Positions 53,915 to 64,000 of a stretch of 64,000 nt of DNA are shown piece after piece; the stretch's first letter is position 1; every line of letters starts with the position of its first letter. Location: the NCBI GenBank assembly GCA_951406725.2, contig OX597823.1:15810001-15874000 (forward strand), given 5' to 3'. The DNA is from Octopus vulgaris. Lineage: Eukaryota. Under the pieces are notes generated by a model. It was not told the origin of the DNA. It searched no databases and saw nothing but the letters and a program-made list of their open reading frames with translations. Made by a program: the position numbers and the translations under genes.

Positions 53915-54564
53915 GAAGGCACGTGGTATATTGTTTAGGATATTCGGCTCACGATCATAATAAGGTTGTGAGTTCGATTTCCAGCGGCTCATTGTATCCT
54001 TGCGCAAGATACTGTATTTTTTTTACGTTACTCCAGTTCACTCACCTGGCAAAAATGTGTAACATCCGGATTTCAAAGGTCCAGCCTTTTATCACATTCT
54101 GTGTCACGCTGAATATCCCCAAGAACTACATTAGGAGTTCACATGTCTGTGGAGTGCTCAGTCACTTGCACGTTATTTCCATGACCTGGCTGTTCTATTG
54201 ATCGGATTAACTGGAACCCCCGTAATAACCAATGGAGTGTCAAATATTATATATATATATATATATATCACGTGATCACGTGACCCACCAGGCTATCAGA
54301 TGTTGTTACACATCGCTGGTCACAATGCGCTTCACATTGTTTTAGCCTTCGAATGACGCCACCCCGCTGGCTAAGCGAGCAGGCCAACAGAAGAAAGAGA
54401 GAAAAAAGTGGTGAAAGAGTACAGCAGCGATCACCACCCCCTGCCGGAGCGTCGTGGAGCTTTTAGGTGTTTTCGCTCAATAAACACACACAACGCCCGG
54501 TCTGGGAATCGAAACCGCGAACCTACGACCGCGAGTCCGCTGCCCTAACCACTGGGCCATTGCG
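53915..54564. mobile_element. SINE family E (+, 53915-54240) and family D (-, 54269-54564)
   Basis: tRNA-like heads; homology to 42207-42520 and 49298-49610. Confidence 0.8.
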
Positions 54565-54644
54565 CTGTCTTGAAACATAAGTTTGTATCATTCTTAAGTA
54601 AAGTTAAAATAAAAAATAGTATTTAGATATTTGTACATAGCTTC

Positions 54645-55000
54645 ATTATTCAACCACATATGTTCCAATTTGTTCCACTACTTTTTGCCGTCTCCGAGGT
54701 AACTTTATGACCCCATCCTCCAACAACTTGGTATCTTTTTGGGTCATGAACTAGTCTCAGTCGTTTTTGCAATCTTCCAAAGAATTGAAGTTCTTCCCAT
54801 TAAGAGAAATATGAAAGGATCAAAGTAAATGGCAATTCAAAGTTGCAAAGACAGCTGAGTATAATGGGTGTAGTAGAACATCCCAGCCAAGCTGTACCAA
54901 TTTTTGCCCGATCTGCAAGGAAATATGAAGTTTATCATTGTTCTGAAAGAAGACACTCTACCGATTGGCCAATTCTGGATGTTTTCCAAACGGTCTAATA
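54645..55000 (-). mobile_element. Mariner transposase C-terminal pseudogene
   Basis: QKLVQLGWDVLLHPLYS..SLNGKNFNSLEDCK..EDGVIKLPRRRQKVVEQIGTYVVE. Confidence 0.8.
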
Positions 55001-55094
55001 GGAAACAATAACTGCCTGAATTCAACGTCTGATTTTGCCGATGGTGCTTATAGCGTACTCTTGAGTGAAATTCCTCTCCTCTTTATTATATATA

Positions 55095-55485
55095 CTAGCA
55101 GTATCGCCCGGCGTTGCGCGGGTTTGTGTCGACCCTTTAGAATTGGAATTTTTGAAAAGTAAAAATTTTGCATTATGTAGCTTGTTATTCTCTTTAAGTG
55201 AACATTTTCTGGTTGAAATACACCGAAAAATGGCGACACAGCAGTAAAAAAATCGTAAAAAATAGGGATTTTCATAGAAAAATAGCACCTTTTTGATGTA
55301 AATAATTTTTGGTGCTAACATGGTCCGATTTGAATTTTTTATTCTACGGAAGGAAAAGCAAGCCTTCTTCTATCATACTCTCAATTTTGGTCAACGTGCA
55401 CCGCAGGGTCTCGGAGGAGATAGTATTAGTTGAAGGCTACCAAACCTGCCATGCACAGACAACTTCAGCTTTATATATATAGAGA
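55095..55485 (-). mobile_element. Non-autonomous Helitron with shared termini and a different interior
   Basis: ctagcagtatcgcccggcgttgcgcgggtttgt at left; caacttcagctttatatatatagaga at right. Confidence 0.75.
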
Positions 55486-55499
55486 TACATACATTTGAA

Positions 55500-56220
55500 C
55501 GTAGTAGATAACAGATAGCCTTTGGCCGCTATTTGAACCCCGTTGTGCCCACTACTCTGATTGGTTGGTATTGGCTCAATTTGTCTCTTTGTCGCGCCAA
55601 TATGCAGCGTATAACCAATCGGAGCTCCTAAATAAGATCACGTGAGACAACTTTTTTCTCAACCTCGTTGAGCCTACTGTTCCTTATAAAAACCCACCTT
55701 CTCCTTGTCTCGAGGTCTTTGGTTCCAGACCTTCTAAGGTCTAGCCACTGACCACGCAAGAGACAGCCAGTTACAGGGACAACACCCGTCCTACAGCAAC
55801 ACACCCAGGTTTCAACATAGCACTGTTCGTGAATTACTTCACCATTGATGAACATCAAATATACATACAACCTGCGAGCCAGACGACAACATCCGTCCAA
55901 CAGCATTACGGCAATCTCTTTCTTCATCGCTACCATCTTCTTCTTAACAACGTCAACAACATCTCTACGTACATAGCACAAACAGAAACACTACACAGGT
56001 TCTAACATAGCACTGTTCGTAAATTACTTCACCATGGCTAACAGCGAATATACAACCTCCGAGAACTCGTGTACAAGTAACCCAGGTAGCAGCATTACAG
56101 CCACAACTTCACGTACGACATGAACAGCAACCGGTTTAGCATCATCGCCGCAACTTCTTGATACAATATTTCAACTACCGTGTATAATTGACTACGAACT
56201 GGTATTTCTCATTCTTGTGT
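55500..56220 (+). repeat. Unclassified promoter-like interspersed repeat (partial second copy at 62660-62940)
   Basis: Shared ttctaaggtcta.ccactgaccac and gtgaattacttcaccat..acaacctgcga; CCAAT, E-box and TATA-like motifs. Confidence 0.55.
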
Positions 56221-57260
56221 CTATGAACATTCGTCTAACTTCTCATTATAGACTCTTTCACTGTTTCTTCCTCATTGTTGCTCTTATATGTACTTAACGC
56301 ATGCATACATCCGTGTCTATACACACATACACTTTGTTCCATGATGACCTGTCTATTATCCTGTATACATAGAGCACACAAAGACACACAAGTTAACATA
56401 TCAATAAATTTCCCTCTTGAACATTCTATTCGGTTGTGTCTTTCTTTTTCCAACTGACACATCATATGTATTATTCCAACCTTTTCAACAGAGTCGCTAA
56501 TAGATGGTTTCACCACACTTCACTATGGCCATCTAAAATTGGTGACCCCGACATGATAGGTTACAATACCACCTAAAAGCTGGTAATCCACAATATCTTT
56601 CCAATGCCGCCAGATATAGACCATCACCTTCTTCGGATTCTGACCGGCTTCTGGAGTGATTCAGATGGTTCATTTCGTTTTCTCCGAAATCTTTTTCGCT
56701 CTACATATTTGTAAGCAATTTACACAACCTGTGATCGTTCTTTTCAAAAATGGGTAATTTTGGTTGCGTTTGAAGAGAGAATCACACATGGAAATAATGC
56801 GGTTCATTAAATTGTTTTCCGTCAGATTATGTGACACTCAAGCATCATGGCTATTCACATATCCAAGAGTTTTAAAATGCCTTATAACGCTCATATAAGA
56901 TAAGTGAACAACCTCTGTGTCGTATGATTTGGATTATTTTTGATTAGCATTTCGATTTGGATATCATCTACGACCGTCTGCGGTCTTTCCAGTCAAGATT
57001 TTGATATGTAAAGCTAGCGAACTACTCACTAACAATCTCAGCTTCAGCACCATATCCATAAACTACACACGCCTTTTTTTGCTGATTCTAAAGTGTTTTT
57101 TTTTAATTTTTCGATAAAGTAAAGAGTATTAGATAACGAAAACGTATCTAATTTACCTCCATTTTCCCTTTTAGCATAAAAACAGTAGAAGTAAAATATC
57201 TACCCGGTAGTCGTGTTGAATGGGGTGTTGAAAGGTAACCTTTTAGAGCGTGTGTATGTT

Positions 57261-57298
<38 letters not shown>

Positions 57299-57636
57299 CG
57301 CGCGCGTGTGTGTGTGTGCGAATAAGTGTAATATACTTTGTGAGTTGAATTTTGTTAATGGAAACCGTGCGAGTATCGAAGAAAAAGACTGGTAAATTTA
57401 AACAAATGTTCTGGTGCCTATGTTCGTCCGAGTAATCTCTCACTCCTTATGCCATTGTTTACTTTGCATTTTGTAACGTACGAGACCGATGAAATAAATA
57501 TCAGATATTGCTGGAGTCACTATTACTGATTAAAATCACTGAAAGTTGTGCTCTAACATGGCTGTACTCCAATAAGTGAAACCAGTAAAAGTTAAAAAAG
57601 AAAATCTGACCCAACTGATTATTACAAAAATATTAT

Positions 57637-57781
57637 GCGTAGGAGTGGCTGTGTGGTAAGTTGCTTGGTTACCAACCACATAGTTCCGGGTTCAGTCCCA
57701 CTGCGTGGCACCTTGGGCAAGTCTCTTCTACTATAGCCTCGGGCCGACCAAAGCCTTCTGACGGAAACTTAAAGCCTGTCG

Positions 57782-57814
<33 letters not shown>

Positions 57815-58032
57815 ATGTGTGTGTGTATGTTTGTGTGTCTTTATTTGTCCCCCTAGCATTGTTTGACAACCGATTCTGATGTGTTTATGTCCCCGTCACT
57901 TAGCGGTTCGGCAAAAGAGACCGATGGAATAAGAACTGGGCTTACAAAGTATAAGTCCCGGGGTCGATTTGCTCGACTAAAGGCGGTGCTCCAGCATGGC
58001 TGCAGTGAAATGAGTGAAACAAGTAAAAGAGT
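57637..58032 (+). mobile_element. SINE family B
   Basis: Match to 18535-18926 with a small internal deletion. Confidence 0.85.
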
Positions 58033-58421
58033 ATTTTGTTTACTAATCATTCCGGTACTATCCACAACATCTTAGTTGGAATAACCCCCCCTTCTCAGAT
58101 CATAATATGGCGTACTGAATCCTTAGTTTCCAGCATTTTAAGCCTAAACCAAAAGTGCTCATTTCAGTATATCCAACCCACGGAAAGCAAATTAGGGAAC
58201 AATCACACATGTCAGTTGGTCTTACACACAGACCACTTCAGACATCAGATTGACCGAGTAGATGTTTGAGAATATGGTTACCAGTTTATATTCAAACCAC
58301 AAGCTAATACAACTCGTGAACAAAAAAAAAAAAGGAAAAGGAAAAAAAAAGAAGCATGAATTCCAACCGAAAAATAATTTGTAAATTAAATGATGAAATG
58401 GAATGTTTAAACAACTAAATA

Positions 58422-58839
58422 CTTATTTCTTTATTGCCCACAAGGGGCTAAACATAGAGGGGACAAACAAGGACAGACATAGGCATTAAGTCGATCACAT
58501 CGACCCCAGTGCGTAACTGATACTTAATTTATCGACCCCGAAAGGATGAAAGGCAAAGTCGACCTCGGCGGAATTTGAACTCACAATGTAACGGCAGCCG
58601 AAATACCTATTTCTTTATTACCCACAAGGGGCTAAACTCAGAGGGGACAAACAAGGACAGACATAGGCATTAAGTCGATTACATCGACCCCAGTGCGTAA
58701 CTGGTACTTAATTTATCGACCCCGAAAGGATGAAAGGCAAAGTCGACCTCGGCGGAATTTGAACTCACAATGTAACGGCAGCCGAAATACCGCTAAGCAT
58801 TTCGCCCGACGTGCTAACGATTCTGCCAGCTTGCCGCCT
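58422..58839 (-). mobile_element. Tandem dimer of SINE family C
   Basis: Two near-identical units of about 185 bp, then the head; flanked by aaacaactaaata duplications. Confidence 0.9.
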
Positions 58840-59491
58840 TAAACAACTAAATAATATCAATAGTAAGACACACAATCGAGAGTAATGGCAATACTTAAAT
58901 CCGCCAAACATTATCTTCAAAACAGCTTGAATGTTATAATCAACAGCCATAAGGCAGAACAGGATGACCCGACCGTTGAGAAATTAAAACACAATCTAAA
59001 AGTGTTCTTTTACGCCCATTCCACCAAATATCGGACCGTTGCTTAACCCATTGGGCCACTGACTTATACAGAGAGTATTCTCTATAACGATGTCAAAGAA
59101 ATGGGAGGAAATTCTATACTGCTCCGTCGTCAATGACTTCATTTAAGTTGTTTTAGTATCAGTGAAGATAAATCTCATCCCAACATAAATTATAAACTTT
59201 ATAAACTCATTAATAAAACCGAACACTGCTTAACTGAATATCCTGATAAATTACCCATCAAATTGCTGGATATGTGCTGGCACAGGCTTGCATGTCTTTC
59301 AGTTTATCTTGGAGAAAATTGCTTGACACATTCTATACACCCAAACATTTAAAAAAACAACCCAATTTGTCTCTAAATACCAAACAAAATCTGTGGATTG
59401 AATCACCTCGGAGGATAATTACACATACATACGTATATACACACACGTATGACTATCTACGTATACACATGCGCGCCACGCATATGCATGC

Positions 59492-59522
<31 letters not shown>

Positions 59523-59675
59523 CATGCATGCATGTATGTATGTATGTATGTATGTATGTATGTATGTAGGTATGTATGTTCGTCCGAGTAATCTCTCACT
59601 CCTTATGCCATTGTTTACTTTGCATTTTGTAACGTACGAGACCGATGGTAGGTAAGTAGGTAGGTATGCAAATAA

Positions 59676-59908
59676 GGCGGCGAGCTGACAGAAACGTTAG
59701 CACGCCGGGCGAAATGCATAGCAGTATTTCGTCTGCCGCTACGTTCTGAGTTCAAATTCCGTCGAGGTCCACTTTGCCTTTCATCCTTTCGGGGTCGATT
59801 AAATAAGTACCAGTTACGCACTGGGGTCGATATAATCGACTTAATCCGTTTGTCTGTCCTTGTTTTTCCTCTCTGTGTTTAACCCCTTGTGGGTGATAAA
59901 GAAATAGG
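59676..59908 (+). mobile_element. SINE family C monomer
   Basis: Match to 21619-21851. Confidence 0.85.
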
Positions 59909-59946
59909 TAGGTAGGTAGATAGGTAGGTATGCAAGTACATATGTA

Positions 59947-60165
59947 CGAAGGGGTGCTGAAAGATTCCCGGCATTAAGCGTGTCACGAAAATCCTGGTTG
60001 GTGGCCTAACCTTCCAAGTTCTTTTAAAGGGTTTTAGAAATCCTGAAGGATCGCTGCAATAACTGCGTGAATCTAAGAGGGGAATAAGTGAAAGAAAAGC
60101 ATAGCTAACTGATCCTCCTGCATTTTCTTTAACCCAATGCCAGAAACTTTTTCAGTACCCCCTCA
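59947..60165. mobile_element. Mariner-type MITE
   Basis: TA|cgaaggggtgctgaaagattcccggcatt ... aatgccagaaactttttcagtaccccctc imperfect TIRs. Confidence 0.7.
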
Positions 60166-60216
60166 TTTATCAGAGCAGAGACCAATTACAAATGTATATG
60201 GATATATATATATATA

Positions 60217-60516
60217 CTAGCAGTATCGCCCGGCGTTGCTCGGGTTTGTAAGGGAAATAACTATATAAGCATTTTTAGAGAGTTACTTCCCTTATGTAAT
60301 AGCAAAGAAAATGCATTAAAAATGGAAAAAAATGATGGTAAATTTTTTTTTAAATCGTAGACTCATCGTAGACGCGCGCTAATACCCAGAAGGGCTCGAT
60401 ATGAATCACGACTATAAGACACCCGCTTTTGGTTACACTGCACCGCAAAATGTGGGAGTAGTTAGGAATGTAAATCGTAGGAGACAGACACACAACTTCA
60501 CTTTTATATATAAAGA
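60217..60516 (-). mobile_element. Non-autonomous Helitron (shortest complete form)
   Basis: Canonical termini, TA-flanked. Confidence 0.85.
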
Positions 60517-60557
60517 TATATATATATGGAATAGAGGGAGAGAGTAAGAGAGAGAGT

Positions 60558-60594
<37 letters not shown>

Positions 60595-60709
60595 AAGAGA
60601 GTGAGAGAGATAAAACTGTATAGGGTACAATTATATTTAAGGGCACAAAAAGCTATTATGCCTATGTGCTGAAAGAACATGTGCGAATTATGTGTACTCG
60701 TGTTTGTCT

Positions 60710-60753
<44 letters not shown>

Positions 60754-61374
60754 TCGTGGTGGGAAGGTTTACACTTTGGATGTTTTATAAAGATTCGCCC
60801 GGCATTGCTTATTCTGCCATGACTTTAAAACATCGCGTTAAAATTAGTTCATGTAACTAATTTGATCAGCATCTATTTTGAGAAGCTGGGCTTCACAAAA
60901 CCAAGAAGAATGTAATTAACCGACGACTTACAATTACAAGCCATTAATGAAGCTGTGGAAATATGTGAAACAAGAAAATTGCAGCAAAGCTACGTGATGA
61001 TAGTGTCAGACGTGGCATGCAGACCATCATATAACTTGTTTGACATGCGCATTGCGTTCTTATTCTTCTCTTCCGTTTTACGAATCCAGTGTATACATGC
61101 GTATTGCGTGTTCATACTTCTCTTTCTGGTTTACTCAAAGCTGTTTACAGATCACAACCATCTCACGAATCTGCGGTCGTGAGGAGCGTTTCGCGCTCCG
61201 ATGGTTATGAAACAAATACAATCAAACGTCTGTATTCACGTCAAAACGCAGGCAGACGCATGGCATGACCACGCATGCACCCATACTTATGAGTATAGAT
61301 ATGACACATGATGACTTATTTGATGTTTAAATTCCACAGAGCCTTTTTCTTCTGTTAGTTTTTCCTTTTTCCAG

Positions 61375-62645
61375 AAAAAAATCTGTCGGCTTGCAACTCG
61401 GCACCTGGCGGGGGAATTCGATGCCTCCCAACAGCGTTGTCGGGCGCTGGACGGAGGGCCCGGTTGAAATACTCGGGGTCTGGTTTGGACCGGACCTCCA
61501 GGTGGAGAAGAACTGGAACGAGGTAGCGAGCAAGATGATGGCCATAATCCAGACTTGGTCTGGGAGGAAGTTCTCCTTGCTGGGAAGGGCGGAGGTTGCA
61601 CAGGTGTTTGTAGCATCCGTGGTAACCTATCGCCTAACCGTCGTGCCTTGCCCCGGTTTGTGGCTTAGCAAGTTGGAACAGATTCTTTTTCGCTTTCTGT
61701 AGGAAGGGAAAACGCCACTTGTGAGGTGCTTCATCTGCTGTTTAAAACCGTTAAAGTGTGGTCTGGGGATACCCTGGCTGATGATGCGCAAGTACGCGCT
61801 GAGGCTGAGGCACCTCCAGTGTTACCTCGATGGTGAGCAAGTATGGTCAAGGCATACCAAGCACCTTTTTCCGGATTCAAAGTCCCTTTCGGACTTAGGT
61901 GCATGGAGCAAGCGGAGACCTAAGTCCGGGGAACGGCAGAGGGAGTGCAGGCAAGCACTGACTCACTTCTCTCGGGTGAGCAACGCCGGCAGCAGGGATT
62001 TTTACAGTAGGTTGGTAGAGCTTAAGTCCGATGATGTCCTGGGGGGGGGGGACTCTTGGCTTCGACGAGAGGCAGCTTGTCAGCCTGTTCGGGAGAACAT
62101 TCGGGCCGAGATTTTTGGATAACTTCCAGAAATCCTTGGCCTGGTTGTACTACCGATCGGCCTCACCAGTTCGGAAGAGGTTGTCAAGGCATGGTTATGA
62201 CACCTCCCCTATGGAAGACTCGTGCGAAAGGGATTGCGACAGGCCAATTCATCTTTGGACGTGGGCTGGTGGATTACTTCATCGCCCACCTCTCTAGTAA
62301 GATCCGTCTGAAGAGGAGGAACCTGTCGCAATGCATGTTTGAAAAAAGATGGATGACAGTTGTAAGAAAGATAAGACTGAACGGGGCCATGCTGGCACGG
62401 TCGGTCAAAAAATAAAAGGATAAGGAAAAGGTGACCAAAAAAGGAAAAAACGAGCGGCGGGTTAAATCATTAACCCGAAACTAATTTATTATTCGCCATT
62501 TATATTTTTAATTTTTCATTCGTAATTGTAACTTCATCCATTTTTAAATCATATGTGTAAGAATGTATGTCCCTCCCCTACATGTCTTTTGTATGTCCTT
62601 GTTATGTCCCATCTATGTAAACCTTTTTATAAGGGAATAAAGAAA
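61375..62645 (+). mobile_element. L1/Tx1-clade LINE 3' portion (pseudogene)
   Basis: VEILGVWF..NWNEV..WSGRKFSLLGRAEV..LFRFL*EGK..CGLGIP post-RT motifs; AT-rich 3'UTR ending aataaagaa. Confidence 0.8.
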
Positions 62646-63431
62646 TTCTTTTAGTTCTAGTGCTTCTAAGGTCTAACCACTGACCACAGAGCACACAGCC
62701 AGTTCCAGCGACTACACCAGCAACAACATGGAGAAACATCAACACTTCGTCCAGCAGCATACAGGACCTCCATCTCCGTCACCTACAACATCTTTACGTA
62801 CACAGCAACATTCACCCAGGTTCTATCCCCACACTGTTTGTGAATTACTTCACCATGATTAACAGCAAATACAACCTGCGAAATCTTCATATATCAAGTG
62901 ACTGGCAGCGGCGTAGTAGCCACAACTTCTTACACAACATGTGTTTCAACCACGCGGCTCCGGCAGAAAGTAATGGCCAATTTTTGCTGACTCTTTCGCC
63001 ACAACTTTCTCTCACTCTTTCCTCTGCATCTTGCAGCTCACCTGGTGGGGAACCTATACGCCAAGGAAACCGGGAAACCGGCCCTGATGAGCCAGGCGTG
63101 GCTCGAGAAAGAATATACATACATACATACATACATACATACATACATACATACATACATACATACATACATACATACATACGTACGTACGTACGTAATA
63201 CCCTGTTGTTGATGCTGAAATTCAAATGAAGGAGCCTTGAATCTAGGCTAGAAACCGGCTCTTTCTCTATTGGCAAGAAATCTTGAAATAAACTGAATAA
63301 TGACATACATACATACTTAGATATATGCATACAAAAATACTCTGTTGATGTTGAAATTCCAAGATCTAAGTTAGAAACCAACTCTTTTCTGTTGTCATGA
63401 AATCTTGAAAGAAAACTAAATAACGACATCG

Positions 63432-63481
<50 letters not shown>

Positions 63482-63578
63482 GGTCCCGGGTTGATTCGGG
63501 GTTAACCACAGTAAGTAAGGTACTCAATACATAGCAGAGTAAAATTATTATATATGAAGGAGCTTCTACAGGATATAT

Positions 63579-63624
63579 ATTCAAGAGAAATCTTCAGGAA
63601 GCTTCCTGAAGATTTCTCTTGAAT
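63579..63624. repeat. Perfect 46-bp palindrome built from a hammerhead-like motif
   Basis: attcaagagaaatcttcaggaag|cttcctgaagatttctcttgaat. Confidence 0.95.
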
Positions 63625-63654
63625 GAAACATACTAGTCCTGTATATATAATAAA

Positions 63655-63690
<36 letters not shown>

Positions 63691-64000
63691 TGCATGCATG
63701 CTGCATGCACATATATATACATGCATGCATGCATACATACATTCATACATACATACATACATACATACATACATACATACATACATACATACACATATAC
63801 ATTCATACATACATACATACATATGAGTGCATAAGTTTGCTCACACGCATATGTGTGTGTGAGAGAGAGATAGTGAGAATGTGCGTATAATTGCATACGA
63901 AACTGGTTGATTGAGATGTGTGGGCAGACTCAATCAATATGGTTCAGATATACCGAAATGCTAACAGCATCATGATTATTTATATTTCTTCATATTGAAA

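Noticed and set aside
51893-54007. 704-aa and overlapping long ORFs (MYVC repeats)
   Set aside because: Translation of (TATG)n, which lacks stops; no domain signal.
63084-63110. CTGATGA-gcca/tggc hairpin resembling a hammerhead
   Set aside because: GAAA does not directly follow stem II (TCGAGAAA) and there is no stem I or III; looks like a SINE 3' end.

Overview
Repeat-rich, AT-rich metazoan genomic DNA, most likely octopus (inferred from the tRNA-SINE, RTE and microsatellite landscape). The only well-supported host gene is the 3' part of a + strand TBC-domain RabGAP most similar to GRTP1/TBC1D6. Seven exons (6561-22611) splice in frame with GT-AG introns and keep both catalytic motifs (IKLDLHR, YCQ). 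The rest is decayed LINEs (RTE, CR1-like, R4/Dong, L1/Tx1), Penelope-like elements (PLEs), non-autonomous Helitrons, hAT/piggyBac/Tc1-mariner MITEs, several SINE families and long simple repeats, which explain most ORF-track entries. Most notable: (1) about nine hammerhead-ribozyme(-like) motifs in short microsatellite-flanked elements, one with a complete fold in sense orientation inside a GRTP1 intron; (2) a 1.7-kb island of extreme GC-to-AT erosion whose much less eroded LINE homologue lies about 1.2 kb away; (3) recurrent foldback and templated duplications at microsatellites. All calls are by eye; repeat boundaries are approximate.
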